Source: Azolla caroliniana (lineage: Eukaryota > Plantae > Polypodiophyta). Taken from it: a stretch of 64,000 nucleotides of DNA. Below, one piece after another: positions 13,501 to 28,500 of this stretch. Where the stretch lies: positions 4,402,001 to 4,466,000 of the forward strand of contig JBHGNT010000006.1 of NCBI GenBank assembly GCA_043228905.1. The letters are read 5' to 3'. A program made the position numbers and the translations under genes. Below the pieces are notes generated by a model, which worked only from the letters and a program-made list of their open reading frames with translations, did not search any database and was not told the DNA's origin. How positions within the stretch are numbered: position 1 is the stretch's first letter; each line of letters starts with the position of its first letter.

Positions 13501-16500
13501 CCCATGCCTTCCACACCTCGACCTACTATGGGGACACTTTTCACAACCTCTAGGGTCACGAAGGTCATAAAAAAATTACAACATAGGAAGTTCATGGACC
13601 ACACAAGATTGCGAGCCAAACACATCATATATGCTCGAGAGTGCGTAGCTCCCTTTCTACCACAGTGGACCATGAACACAATGGCCCCTATACATAAAGG
13701 AGGGGACCCCATGACCCAAATACATATAGGACCATTATGATAGGTCATATGCTCCTTAAATTATATGGTGCAGTAATGGAAGTAGAGCTCAACGATTATA
13801 TGGAAACCTTAAGTTTGTGAGCACCTATTACGGGAATGACCATATAATATCCCATGCTGAGAATTTACCGTAGTATTCTATACACGTGGATAAGTGTGAG
13901 GGTTAAACGAGAGTGTAAAGAAGGGGAGGATTACTTTTAATCCTCGTGATTGAGACAACCCATTAGGCCAAGTGTGAACTTGCTTGGGGGCCTTGGGTAT
14001 CGCTATAAATAAGAGGCCTAGCTACCCTCATTTCATGATCTTTTGACTACGTCGAGACTCTGTTCTTGTGGTGGGTCAACTCTTGTAGCAAGCGCGCTAG
14101 CACCAGATACGACTCAACGCCAGGGCGATGGTATGGGACACCAATCGAGGCTCAAGTCCGTCTCAATCCCTTCGCTCGAGGGTGGTCGAGTGGATTGGCA
14201 CCCTTCTTTCTCTCTCTCCTATCTATCTATCTATCTATCATTCTTTTATCATTATCATATGCTTACATTAGGGCATATCTCTAATAGTTGGTATCTGAGC
14301 TTATGTTTCTAATGTTTCCTTTGTTTGTTTTTGTCTTCTTGATGGATGGTGATCGATCGTCGTGCGGTTGACCTTGATCCAGATAGCGATCAGCAAAGGA
14401 ACTTCGGTAACTCTTTCTTGTTTTCTTTTATTTTTTCTTCTCCCATCTAATCATGTATATGGTCAATATGAAATTTTTTTCATTGATTCAATGATGTTGT
14501 AGTGGTAATTAATTGGTTATATAAAACATTTACATATGTGTATGACGTCAATACCTCATTTGACATATATTTAATATGTGATTAGTATCGTATGCTTACG
14601 AGGTTAATACCTCAATTGCGTATTACGACATACATATGTTACGTTTGCGTATGAGGTCAATACCTCGATTTCTATGTAAATGATATGTGTTTGGTGTCGT
14701 ATGCGTAAGAGGTCAATACCTCAATTGCGTATTACGATTAACCCTTAATTTTGGATGTTTCGTATGTGCAGAGGGTATATGCCTCAATTACGTATCTCGA
14801 CTACATCATTTTTGGCTATTTTATATTACGATTTCTTTTATATATGTATATGTGGTCACGTGTATACGTATTTGATCGTATATATGTGATAATATACATA
14901 TGTGTATATAAGTTATTACTGACAGGAACTACACGCTCCGATGAACAACGCTCGGCCACAACCGAGTCTAAAATCAAACATAGAAAAAAACGGATAATGA
15001 ACGCACGACACAAAGGAGAGAAGAGTACACAAGATGTTTAACGTGGAAAACCCTGAGAGGGAAAAAAAACCACGGGAGTTCACAGACTCCAAACTATCAC
15101 TATATCACAATGATTACAATAGTGAGCTCACGGAGGCAACGACCTCGTGCTCACGATCTTCGCCACAGGCGGCGGTTACAACAGAGGCAACGACCTCTCT
15201 ATGTCTCGAGCTCACTCTGTACACTGTTACGCACTCTCTGATCTAGCGCCAACAAGAATGACAACTACACTCTAAGTTTGCCCTAAGTCATATTTATACT
15301 AATATGACTTTTCGACTATTTACAAATGTAGCCCCGATGGACTCTCAAAAAACATATTTACGAATATGTCCCTCCATCCGGTGAGCACTCCTCACCGGGC
15401 CTGCATCATCCGGCGCTTGCCGAGTACTCCTCATCCAGTTCTCACCGAGTTTTCTGTAGCTGGGTACTCGTCATCCGATTCTCACCGGGTCTTCATCATC
15501 CAACTCTTGTCGGGTACTCGTCATCCGGTTCGCACCGGGTATGCATCATCCGACGCTTGCCGGGTACTCCTCATCCGGTTCTCACCGGGTCATCCCATCC
15601 GGAGGGACCTGTTTCCTAACAATTACGTGATTTCAATATTGAATGTTTTCCTTTTCGTGGAAAGGATCTTGGTGGCAATCCTCACATTTTTGTGAGAATG
15701 GCGTTGTCACCATCCCTTTTTCAACAAATTTTTATTGTTGACATCCCCGTTGGTAACTTCGATGTCGTTACATAATGAAACAATCTTAGGCACAATGGTG
15801 TTGAGAACGTAGGGCTTGACCCACTTGATGTGAGGTTGCTCTTATGACACACATAACCAACATCCCTTCCTCATTACATGGATACGATGCCACCATGAGA
15901 TCATTCTTACGAAAGGCATTTGTAATGACGTAGCCATGTGATGGGCCACGTGGGCCTACTACGAAAAGAGGGCTCATTTGGCTTGACCATTAGGTTGCAC
16001 TTTGGTGTTTGCCATCGTAATTACGAGACTTGAGGTTAGGTAGCATACCAACAAAGTTTGTGGTAAACAAGGGGTGAACCATCATTTGTTGTTAAGCCAT
16101 TTACGGGAGAAACAAAGGAAAGAACCGAAGAAGCAATCTGCACGTGGCTGGGCCGATGGGAGTCTCATTTTGAGCTCTATCCCACGCAAGATAGTACGAA
16201 GATTGCATATATCGGCCGAGAACTAGGGGGTAAGGCTGCCGCCTGGTGGCGTGGGCTCCGTACTTTGGAGAAATTGCCCGATACCTGGAAATATTTTGTC
16301 ACATTTTTCAAGGGCCAATTTTTGCAACCCCCCTCTCGAACTGAGAAAACACAAGCTTTAATGAACCTCGCTAGCAAGACGTTTTCCTCGCAAGAAGACT
16401 ATGTTCACCATGTTAGAACCCAAATTCAAAAATCGAATCTAGAAGGGGACAACTGGTTAATAGATTGTTTTGTCAATGGCATCCCCAATCTAGACTAATA

Positions 16501-19500
16501 CTAGATAGTGCACGATAAGGATCCAAAATCCTTCGAAGAGGCAGTTGAGATAGTTCTTTGCTATCAACACACTTCGAAGAAGAACCACAACAAACCCAAC
16601 GAAGCGCCCGGGACTAAGCAATCGCAATTCGCTAGGAAACGCAAGACACCCAACGAATTCATGGATCGCGATTGTAAGCGACAACATCCTTTTTGCGTAT
16701 TCTGCAAAAAGAAGGGTCATACAAAAGAGCAATGTCGAAAGCTCCAACGGAAAGAGCACGACATCAAAGCTAAAGTTGCGAACCATAAAGGTCATATTCC
16801 TAATGTCCTTTAGGTCTATACACATGATTTAAGTTATTGTGCAAACGGGTATATTAATGGATCTCCCGTACAATTTTTGTTTGATTCGGGAACCGCACAC
16901 AACTTTGTGAATGATCGTTTGGTTCAGATATGGGAATCCAACCCACCGTAAGTGATCATACCTATACGCTACATTTGGCGATTCATTCATTAAGAATTTC
17001 TATTGATACTTATATAGAGGAAGTAGACTTCCATGTAATGAATCTTTGTACCACTGATGTAATACTGGGTTATCCCTGGTTGTATAATAAAAACTCTTCT
17101 TTATCTTTTGATTGGGTTCATCATTCAATAACTTTTGTACTAAACAATTGTACTCATTTCATTCAACGTGTATAAAAACAATCCCTCTCAATTGTTTCCT
17201 CTCCATCAATATCCGAGTTGTCTTGTTCTACTCTATTTTATTATGTACTTGATCCAAACATTCACGTTTATAATATCGATAATGTCTCGGTTCAATTAAC
17301 ATATTTTGAACAACTAGATGAAATCTTAAATGATTTTCGTGATGTTTTTTCGAGTGAACTACCATATGGGTTATCTCCTAAACGTAATATAGACCATCGT
17401 ATAGATATTGTACCTGGCGTTGCACCAATAAGTATACCTCCTTATCGCTTAAGTCGATCCGAAGAGGATGAGGTATTTAAGTAACTCAAGGACTATTTAC
17501 GAATGGGTTATATACGTTATAGTAAATCTCCATGGGGTGCACTAGTTCTCTTGGTTAAAAAGACAGAGGGCACATGGCGCATGTGTATTAATTATTGACG
17601 CTTGAATAAAGTGACGATCAAGAATTCGTATCCATTGCCCCGGGCTGACGATCTAATTGACCGTCTCCAGGGAGCTCAGTATTTTACGAAACTTGATCTT
17701 TGTTTTGGCTACCATCAAATTCCTATAAGTGAGGACGATGTTCCAAAAACGGCATTTCGTACACGCTATAGCCATTATGAGTTTTTGTTTATGCCTTTTG
17801 GTTTGACCAATGCTCTGACTACATTTCAACAAGAAATGAATGACATTTTCTGAGAACAACTTGGAAAAATTTGTCGTTATTTTCTTGGATAATATTTTAG
17901 TTTATAGCCGTACATTAGAAGAACATGCTAAACATGTCCGCTTTGTTTTACAAACATTGAGTGACAAACAATTTTATGCGAAGATCTCAAAATGTGAGTT
18001 CTTCAAGAAATTAATGACTTATCTTGGACATCTCATAACCGAACGAAGAGTTGAAATTGATCCTTCTCAAATCGAGAAAATCAAGCTTTGGCCTACTCTT
18101 CGAAATATTCGAGAAGTTCGATCATTCCTTGGTTTTGTTGGGTTTTTGCGAAAATCCCTTCATAATTACTCCCAATTGACGACGTCGTTTACTGATCTTC
18201 TAAAAGGTCAAACACGTTGTCATGCCTTTCGGCTCCGGATCTAGGAGAAAGAAGAATATGAGATAAGACTAGTAATGAATAGGTAAAATGATAGGTAACT
18301 TATGAATCTCGTGAATCCCCACGAGTTTAGTATATTTAATCAATATCTAGATAGTAAGAGACAATTTAGATCATTCGTGAATCCCATGAATATATTATAT
18401 TGGTCAATCCTTACAAAATAATCAACAACCCATACATCTTTCTCTCCTCCTTATATAAGGATGGCAAAGGCTAAGCATAGCTTCATGCTTTTTCTAAAGT
18501 GTTCATGCACACTTAAAATGTGTATGAGTTGCCTTTTACACTATGCTTTTATTTCCTAAATATAGTGCTCATGCTCGCTAGATGTGCATGAGTAATTTTT
18601 TATTGGTGTACATTTTTCTTATAAATAAAGTATTCACGCATTCTAAACATGCATGACTTACCTTTTAATAAAGGTAGGCGTAAATAAAGGTCTTATACAT
18701 ATTAAATCTATATTTAGCACACTTAGGATAAGTTAGTACAATGATAAGGTTGGGGTTTGTCTACGTGGAGGTACAAGGTTTGAATCTTGCCCTATGCATG
18801 TAACAATATTTTCTTCTATTTACAAATTTGTCTCTACATCCAATGAGAGACTCCCACCAGCCATCTTTATCTGGCTCTTGCCGGTTCTGCTTGATCCGGT
18901 TCTTACCAGTTCTCCTTACCGGGTCCTCCTTACCGGTCCTTACTGGGTCCTCCTTGTCCCATCCGTAGGAACCAAAATGCAATTTTCACGTAGTGTGCGA
19001 ATTACACTATGACAGCGTAAGTCTACAAAACCTATGGTGTGGAATGCTACACTAGACCTCGCCTTTGAGGAACTCAAGGACCTAGTGTGCAAGGCTCCTC
19101 CACTTCTTTTACCCGATCCTTCAAAACCTTTTGAGGTTGAAAGCGATGCAAGCGATTATGCTATAAGTGTTGTCTTATATCAAGATGGTAAGCCAATGGC
19201 ATTCGAGAGTAATAAACTTGATTCTGCTCAATGTCGGTATACCGTTCAAGAAAAGGAATTATTTGTAGTTATACATGCGCTCAAAACATGACACCATTAT
19301 CTTTATGGAAATCGCTTTGTAGTAACTACGAACCACGAGTCCTTAAAATATTTTTGTAACCAATAAGACCTGAAAGGTCGTAAGGCACGATGGGCTAATC
19401 TCATCCAGGACGTTGATTTTTCCACACGATATTGTAAAGGTTCCATGAACACTGTCGCTGATGCACTAAGTCGCATCCGTGAAGTTAACATACTTAGCTT

Positions 19501-22500
19501 CACTGAAATAACATCAGATGATAGTTATTTTGTGAAATACTGGGCAAGAGTTGAGTCTAGAACAGACACCACCACATCCGCGAAGGAATACTTCCACATT
19601 GCTAACAGTCTGCTCTACCGTAATGGGAAGGTTTGTGTTCCAGATTTGCCTGAGGTCAAAAAGAGAATTCTTTTTAAATGCCATGATGCACCCTCAACAG
19701 GGCACCCTGGATTACATCGTACGGAGATCCAAAGTTTACTAGTGACTTCTGGACACAAGTCTTTTAGAAGTTAGAAACTACATGGAGCGTGAGTTCCACG
19801 GATCATCCTCAATCCGATGGACAGATAGAATGAGTAAATCAAATTATTGAGGACATGCTTCGATCATACGTTGGTACAAAACCAACAAAATGGGAACGTT
19901 ATCTCCCAATTTTGGAGTTTGTTTATAATAGCTCGAAGCATACATCGACGGGATATACATCATGTATATGTATGGTTTTCAGCCAGGAGCCCCGATTTAT
20001 GTTAATATATACATCATGATGAGTTGCGAAGTACGCAAAACTTTCTTCGGGATATGCAAGATATGTTTCATATTGCACGAGATAATATAAAAACAGCTCA
20101 AGATAGAGTGCGTTTTTATGCCGATAATCATAGGCAACCTTGTGTATTCAACCCTGGACAGAAGGTATTTTTACGTGTACCTCACAATTCTAAGACATTG
20201 TCTAAGGGTAAGTGTGCTAAGTTAGCCCCACGGTTTTGTGGACCTTTAAAGTCCTCAAATGAATTGGGTCATCAGCCTATGATCTCGCTCTCCCCGATAG
20301 TGTTGAAATTCATCCAGTTTTTAATGTGAGTCGTCTAAAAGAACTTCTAGGTTCTGGTAACAATACAGTTACAACTAAAACTCTGGTTACTTCTAAAGAA
20401 TTATCTTCTAAACCACATGTACCAAAAAGAATTCTCGATGTTAAAACAAAAAAATTACGTACTAAAGAAATCTTAGAATTTAAAATAAAATGGATGGATA
20501 AATCAATAAAAGATGCCACATGGGAACGCGAAAATACTCTCAAAACTAACTTCCCTAATTTTTCATTGCAAGAGTGCAATGTTTTAAAGAGGTGGAGTAT
20601 GTTACGGGCATGACCATATAATATCCCATGCTGAGAATTTACCGTAGTATTCTCTATACACGTGGATAAGTGTGAGGGTTAAACGAGAGTGTAAAGAAGG
20701 GGTGGATTACTTTTAATCCTCAGAATTGAGACAACCCATTAGGCCAAGTGTGAACTTGCCTGGGGGCCTTGGGTATCGCTATAAATAAGAGGCCTAGCTA
20801 CCCTCATTTCATGATCTTTTGACTACGTCGAGACTCTGTTCTTGTGGTGGGTCAACTCTTGTAGCGAGCGCGCCAACACCAAGTACGACTCGACGTCAGG
20901 GCGATGGTATGGGACACCAATCGAGGCTCAAGTCCGTCTCAATCCCTTCGCTCGGGGGTGGTCGAGTGGATTGGCACCCTTCTTTCTTTCTCTCATATCT
21001 ATCTATCATTCTTTTATCCTTATCATATGCTTACATTAGGGCATATCTCTAATAGCACCCGAGCATGCTCGCTTTAGACGAGCCTTCTCCACTATTGACC
21101 ATATCTTCACACTTAGATGCTTAATTGACCAGACGAAGTCTCACAAGAAGAAACTATATTGTTGTTTTGTAGACTTCCGCAAAACCTTTGGCACAATCCC
21201 TAGGGAGTGGTTGTTCGATAGGCTTAAAAGCCTGGAGATACCAAATGACATTATTTGGGCCATCTATGCTTTATATAAGCAAGTCTTCGAGTGCCTAAGA
21301 TGTCTTGATTAGCACCATTGGTGTAAAACAAGGTTGCCCCCTATCCTTGACTCTTTTTGGGATCTACATTGATGAGATCACTGATTTTATTGCTCGTAAG
21401 GCAAGCAACATTGTAGTCATTGAGGGTACGCAAGTTAGTCTCTTACTCTATGCAAACGACATAGTCTTGTTGTTGGAGTCTGAACATGACCTACAAAAGC
21501 ACCTTAATGCCTTAAATGACTTTTGCACAAAACGAGGATGGGTAGTGAATTTATGGAAAACTAAAGTCCTTATCTTTGACACATCTGCTTGAGTTAGGAC
21601 TATTAAATGTTACTTAACCCTCTCTCATAAACCAATTGAGGTAGTTGGACCATATGTATATCTTGGAGTCACTTTCAATGCTCGCTCAAGTAAATTTTCG
21701 ATGACACAGGCAACCGACGAAGATACTCTATCGCGAGGATATGCATCCCTCCCACTCTTAGAGAGGCAATACCACCAAGTATACTTTCAAGAGCCACGAA
21801 CTAAAGGATGGCTCTTCAACTCATTAATGACCCCTTCCCTCATGTATGCATCAGTAGTTTGTGCTCCAAGTCTACCATCTTTCATGTGGACGCAATTAGA
21901 GAGACCATTGGTGACGATGTTATCATGTCAACTCCAAAGCAAATCGATAGTACCACATGACATTATTAGAGCAAAGTTTTCTTTGCCCCCGATGTTAGTA
22001 GAAGCAATTTTCCAACTTGTCGTTTTTATTCATCGGACACATAGCCAACCACAAGATAGGATATCTCGTCAAGCTTTTGCAACATCTCGATCCCTCTATG
22101 AGTCCAGACATACTATCTCTTGGTATAACATTGTAGTGAGTTGGCTGCTTGCAAACGACCTAGACATTAATAACCTAGCTCTGCCCCTCCAAGTCTGACA
22201 TCTCATTATTTGTCCGAAACGGTGCCAATGGACAAATATTCATCATCATATATGTGGGCGACCTAGTGACTAGAGGAGCACAATAAACCGACATCAACAA
22301 CATTAAGATGCTCCTCTCCAGCAAATTCGTGATGACATAAATGAAAGAGCTCCATTAATTCTTGGGCATTGAAGTAATTCGAACCTTTGATGGCATTATG
22401 ATCTCCCGTCGCTACCCCTCTCGACCGAAACCTCAAACTGGATGCCGACTCTAGCACCACAGAGTGTGAGCCAACACACTATTGGCAACTTGTCAAAAGT

Positions 22501-25500
22501 CTTATTTACCTCACGATCACTCGACCCAACCTCAGCTATCCAATTGACCTCCTTAGTCAATTCATGCAAACTCCACATGATATTTATTTACATTGTGCTA
22601 AGCGAGTGGAACGATGGAATATGACATTCTCTACAACTCGTCACGCCAATTCGGCTTAAAGGGTACATAAATGCCGACTGGGCAAGCTACAAAGTTGGCC
22701 GACGATCGACTTCGGGGTTCGTATTTTCTATCAGAAGTGAGGCCATATCATGGAGCAACAAGAAGCAACCAACTATTGCATTATCGAGCACAGAAGCCAA
22801 ATTCAAGGGCACGACTTTTCCGGCATGTGAAGCCATATGGCTCAAGTGGATACTAAAGAATCTGGATGGCTCCATCAACGCTCCAATCTTGCTCTATTGT
22901 GACAACATTATCCATCTTGCTTGAAACTTGGTCTTCCAACTCGGACAAAGCACATTGAAGTCGATTCGAGAACGTGTCCTTGCAGGGGATGTCGATCTGA
23001 GACACATCAGCATGAATCTTCAGACAGACAACATCTTCATGAAAGCCCTAGGAGCTGACAAGCTTCGGCAATTCATGTCAAACTTTGGACTGATGACCCC
23101 TAACTTGCCCAAATTGAGGGGGAGTGAAAATGAGAGAATCGTATACCAACCAAAGCGGACACCAACAGATACGGACACCAAAGAAAAGCTCAAAGGTTGA
23201 AACGGCTGATAGCCATTGGGACAGAGTTGAAGGGCCGAAGGCCGAAAGCGGTTATTATTTCTGTGCAGTTGTTGTTCTCTACTTCATGTTATTATACATC
23301 TTGAGTATTCTATTTTCCTATCTATCTTGTGTCTCTCCTCTTTCACGCACATAACACACATCTCTAATATATTCCGCTTAACATAATTACACATGTATTT
23401 ATTTACATTCCAAATAGGGAATAAAATGATAGCATAAGTATGTAGAGCTAATGTGATTCTCAAGAATCTCCTAGTGCTTAGAACTCTATTGTAATCAAGA
23501 GCTCAAGAGAGATTAACAATAGTGTTTAGTGAAATAACGATAATCTCTACTCCTTGTTGATGCTAGGCCTCTTTGTAAGAATAGCGAAATAAAATACATA
23601 CTTTGTATCTAACTAGTGTAAGAGAGAATGTGAGAGAATGTGAGAGAGATATTAGTACTGTCATTGTTGTCACCGTCACCATCTTCGTCGTCGTCACTTA
23701 CGAGCACAAACCGCTCTTCACTGTCACCATTTTGCATCGTCGCCACTATCTTCGTCGTCCTCACTTGACAGTATTACTTGAGGGTTTACCTTTAGGATTA
23801 TCTCCAAAAAGACTTGGGCTAGTGACAAGCAATTTCTTCTTTTGCACTATTCAAGGTTAACGACGGTACTCATCGTTTTATAGTGTTTGATTGCTTGTTA
23901 GATTTGAGGTTACCTTTCTTAGATTTGGCGAGTTTTGTCACGTTATTTGATGCCACAAAAGTGAATGTTTGCACAATTCGCACATCTTGTCCTAAGATTA
24001 GAGATGGAGATTGTACTTTTCCTCTTTCTAAGCTATTGTCGATTGCATCATAAATGGATATGCCTAATGTTTTTATATTTGATGGTAAGCATGGATTTAC
24101 AACATTTCTTTCTGTTTCTTTTTCAAAAAGATATGCCTTGGATTTAGAGCATATCTACGAAAGTTAAAGGGAGTATTGGTAGCGAGTCAAATTTCTTTAC
24201 TTGGCAAAGAGTTTGGGTAGCTCATAGTTTTTCACATTCACTTATTAATATAATTCTGTGTTTTATCTATAAAAAAGAGAGAGATTGGACTTAATTATGT
24301 TGATAGGTGATTAAACCACAACAATTTTATTAGCCAATAGGATAGATCTTTTCAAAAGATAGCAAGGTTAGTTTGAAATCCCTCTTAATATGAGGAGCAA
24401 TTTGATATTTTCCAATAAATTATAAAGTTGATGAATGGTTAGCAAGAATTTAAACAAATACATATAAATTTTCAAATTAATTTTTTTATTATTCAATTTT
24501 AGATTCACAGTCTTATGTTTGGTTGTATGCATACCTTCAAACGTAATGCTTCATTCTCTCGTAACGTAATCTGCTCCTAGTAGTATCACACCAATTTGTG
24601 TAAGAATAGATTCACAAATTCATATAATATATGACCATGAAGTGTTTATAAATAACAAAATTTAAGTCCCCTTTGACATGAGTTTAAGAGGGGGGATAGT
24701 ATATTCCAATAATTCCTACATATTTGTCATCCCATTTAGTTTCTTTAAAATTCAAGCAAGCTTGATGGCCCAACAAAATACACATTAGCATGAGCTTAAA
24801 TACTAAAACTTGTCCTAGGCGCGACAACAAAGACGTTGTAACGTTGCAAGTAGTCGGAACCTCAAGGGAAGTTGGGAAGGTGTCTATGAGCACATACAAG
24901 TACTAATGCTGACAGATGCACATTTTTCTAGTCATAATTCCATGGCGCCTAATGTAGAAGGCGTCTAGATATAATTTGTCCCCTTCGACCTTGCAAAGCT
25001 TCCGCATCATGTAAGGAGAATTTCTTCAACCAATCTAATCAAGCTCTTTACTGATATTTTTTAGTGTGGTTTCTGTTTTCTGTACATAGATATACTGAAA
25101 TATATGTTTTTGAGAGAGAGATAAAATTTTCTCCGTTTTGATGCGACCTACCTATGCGTGTTATGTACACGCATTTTGTTGGGCGATTAGAAAATCCTAT
25201 TCTGGAACTCTTATTGATGGGCATACCTTATCTTTGTATGAACCACAAAATATTATGTACTGTATCTGAACAAGATACAAGCGTCACATGATAACTTCTA
25301 CCCAATTTGCTTCTAAACTAGAGACCAAATAGCTATTTAATGGTGCTAAACATCCAAAATCTGATTGCTCAATCGAAATAGTAAACCCTGTAATGGAGGA
25401 CATATACAGAGATTATGGGAGAGTGGGGAACTATCTGCATTTGGCAGAATTTCTAGGGTTGCTAAGAAGAATCCAAAACAAAGCCTAGTTTAGAAGATTT

Positions 25501-28500
25501 GCGACAAGATTTGGGCAAAATATATGTATGCTCAACATGGATTAATGGGACATTTCCAAAAGTATTCACAATACAATCATGCATTGCCACTCACGTCATA
25601 CCTCTCCCTTTTTGAAAAGGCCTAGTTGTAACCTAAGTATTCATCCATGACCAGAACATTTAATGGAACTTTTTCACAACACTTAACCAAAATATGCAGT
25701 ATGCAATGAGTGAACGCATTTGATTGATCTATGACCCGTATTTGAGATTGGACAAATATTCATTCAAGGTATTAGCATACCATTTCCATAGAAAAACAGA
25801 AGAAAGATATTGATTATGCACCTGGTGATGAAGAGCTTGGATCTGCTCCATTATCAAATTTGTCTGAACACATTAACAATAAGTCTGAGTAGCTAAAAAG
25901 AACGTAAATATTCTATGCATGAGACTATATTTCAAGACATATCCTCACAATGCATGATCTTGACTCATCATATTCATCCCACCTTTCTTGCTCTTAGTCG
26001 AGCGAGCCCAGATTCAAGTTGTATTTCGAGCTTTTGAAGATCGTTTATTTGGAGGGATCCCAAGTGTTGCCCTAGCATCTTCCTATAACAATAATGCCAA
26101 AACATTGTCTATCACATTGACAATTAAGTAAAGGGTGCATTTTTCAAACTTTTAACATGCTTCTCGCAAGTTGATAATTTGAGCTAACCTTTGTGCCTCT
26201 TCTAGAAAGCTCAATCTCTCCTTCATTCGAACAATCTCTTGTTTCCAGTACTGCATACATATATTCCAAAAAACCAAGAAACAAGCTCTAACCAATTTAT
26301 TAAACAAAAACGTTGGTCATCAGCTTAATAAGAAGAATCTTTGACTTTGTATCAGTTTGAAACCTTGTATCTTTCGCATATTTAGTTCAGGCTTCAAGCA
26401 TTAATTCAGGGGAATACCTCCTGCGAATTAGTAAGTAAAGCCAACAACCAGATGGGCATTTGGATTACGTGTAGGCTCTACCTATACCTCCATTTGTGTG
26501 ACAAACATTAAAATCAAGACATCTCACGTGTAAGCAAGAACCTATGATCACTAAGGATAAGTTGCAAGATCTTGATCCTGATAGCCCAGATCTTGATCCT
26601 CCCATAACAATGCACCACCAATCCAAATTGATACTCAAGTGTTTTATTAGGGAAATTTCCCATTCACCACTTACATCAGCCTGCATGAACACAGGTATCC
26701 AAACTCTTTGTGGTGTGCTAGTGGGTCATGAACCCATGATATAAGCATAAGTCTTACCATAAGAGCCAATCATGTGAAAAACAACATTGGGGTCATCAAG
26801 CACTCTTTTAAACGCATGCATTCAAAACAATCACAGGACCTCAAAAGTGCCTACAATCAGGGCTCACCAAACCTGGTGATTTAGAGTAAACTTTACGGGT
26901 AGAATTGAATAATCCTAGTCCAATTTTACGTCATCTTCAAAATAACTAGTGTAGTGATAAATTCCGGTCTATAGGTTGAGTTTTTCACCTATACAGTGGA
27001 ATTTTCAACTCATAAAAAGGTTTAAAATATCTTTTATGTGGGTCTCATCACATTTCTTGAAATTTTGAATCGTTAAATAAAACGTCAAATCAATGTACAA
27101 GGCAGTAGGTTAGGAGACATGCATTTAAGTTTCAGGCATTAAATTATAAGTCTCCTTCAATGAAACATAATGAGAATCCTTGTTCGTTTGAACTCTTCAA
27201 AATGAGCATCCTATATGTAAGCCCAAAAACTTAAATTTTTTACTATAAGGATTAGAACCAACAAAAAGGAATAGTAACCTAACCTTACTCTTGACTTTCA
27301 TGAAAAAATGATACGGTGTAACACATATTGCAGCATGATAATTAAAAGACTTCGAACCTCAAAGGAATATATAAATGTTTCCCCTGCATAAATACGATTA
27401 TTTTTGGATCTTCCTATTATTATCTCTGTATATTTCCACATCTATAGATAGAGGCAATATATTGATTTTAATGTTTGTTACGCAAAAGGAATTATTTTCA
27501 AAGAAAGTTTCACAGTCTAATGGTGAATTCCTCAACCCCCTTCTTGACCAGTTAATTTACACGTGCTATTTGAGCAAGTAGATGGTTGAATTCCTTCCAC
27601 TTTTCTGAGTCTCGTAGGAGTTGTCCAAGGGCTAGTGTTGGCCAAGGCCATTTGTGGAAACTGAGAAAATTTGTCTTTGGGGTATTTTGAAGTGGTCTAC
27701 CTAAAACATAATGGGTTTTTTGAAAAAATGACCTAAATGCCAATATATTGGGTTATCCAAAAAGCTTAATATGTTGTACAGAGTAAATGGGTTTTCTGAA
27801 AGACCGAATATGCTTTATATATTTGATTTCACAGAATAATGTCAGATTCTTTTCAAAAATGGTTTCAATCCCATATAAGATAGTTTGCAAAATGTCAAAT
27901 ACATGTCATGACAGAGCCCCTTAATGGTTTCTCGAGTTGCCATTAATCAATAGAAATTGATCACATAACATGATGAATTGGACATTTAACATAGAGTAAC
28001 TGTGAAATATTGAATGGTTTTATCAGCATTTGAAAAACAAAATGGCACATGGTTATGTGAAATGGAAACACGGCAAGTAGGTCATTAATTATGGGTTTTT
28101 TTCATGAGCCCTTCAGAGATTGTTCTTTGAATAGTTTAGCATATTTATCCGTGTGATATTTTCATCATGTTTTCAAGCACATTTTATCTCTTTGGAAAGA
28201 TGGATCTGAATGTTTGGATTTCTAATATCATTGGACTATTATTTTATCGGTCATTGAAGCCGATCCTCACAAAAATATGGAAAAATAACAAAAAACTTCT
28301 GATGATTTTCACCTCTTAAAGAGTAAAGTAATATATGTGTTTGGTCAAAAGGCCAGGTTAGGGATGCCACCCTCTCCCTCTTTCTATTACAATGCTCATC
28401 GTCGCCCACATTCGAGTTTGCTTTCCTGACATATTTTTCTCACAATCACTCCAACGTGCACTCTCGTCAGTAAAATTCTCAAAAGTAAAGACTCACTTTT

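Larger units (their letters stand above)
13826..21054 (+). mobile_element. Ty3/Gypsy chromovirus, full length but degenerate; LTRs 13826-14286 and 20600-21054, TSD GCACC
   Basis: Paired LTRs of about 460 bp. PBS TGGTATCTGAGC (iMet-type) at 14289-14300 and PPT at about 20586-20597. Gag [20 protein letters not shown] ([16 protein letters not shown]), RNase H (ESDASDYA), integrase, and chromodomain (KRILD...IKWMD...DATWE). Many stops and frameshifts. Confidence 0.93.
12140..22200 (+). mobile_element. Degenerate non-LTR retrotransposon (RTE-like LINE: APE endonuclease + RT), split by the Gypsy at 13826-21054
   Basis: APE motifs [12 protein letters not shown], (G/E)DFNART, STIDY. RT motifs [37 protein letters not shown]. 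The reading frame rejoins across the GCACC TSD. Ends are approximate. Confidence 0.85.

Noticed and set aside
14043-14312. Duplicated small ORFs (also 20819-21052)
   Set aside because: They lie inside the paired LTRs, so the duplication reflects LTR structure rather than genes.
14544-14786. CRISPR-like array of palindromic repeats
   Set aside because: Eukaryotic retroelement leader. The spacers are related to one another, the repeats are degenerate and there are no cas genes.
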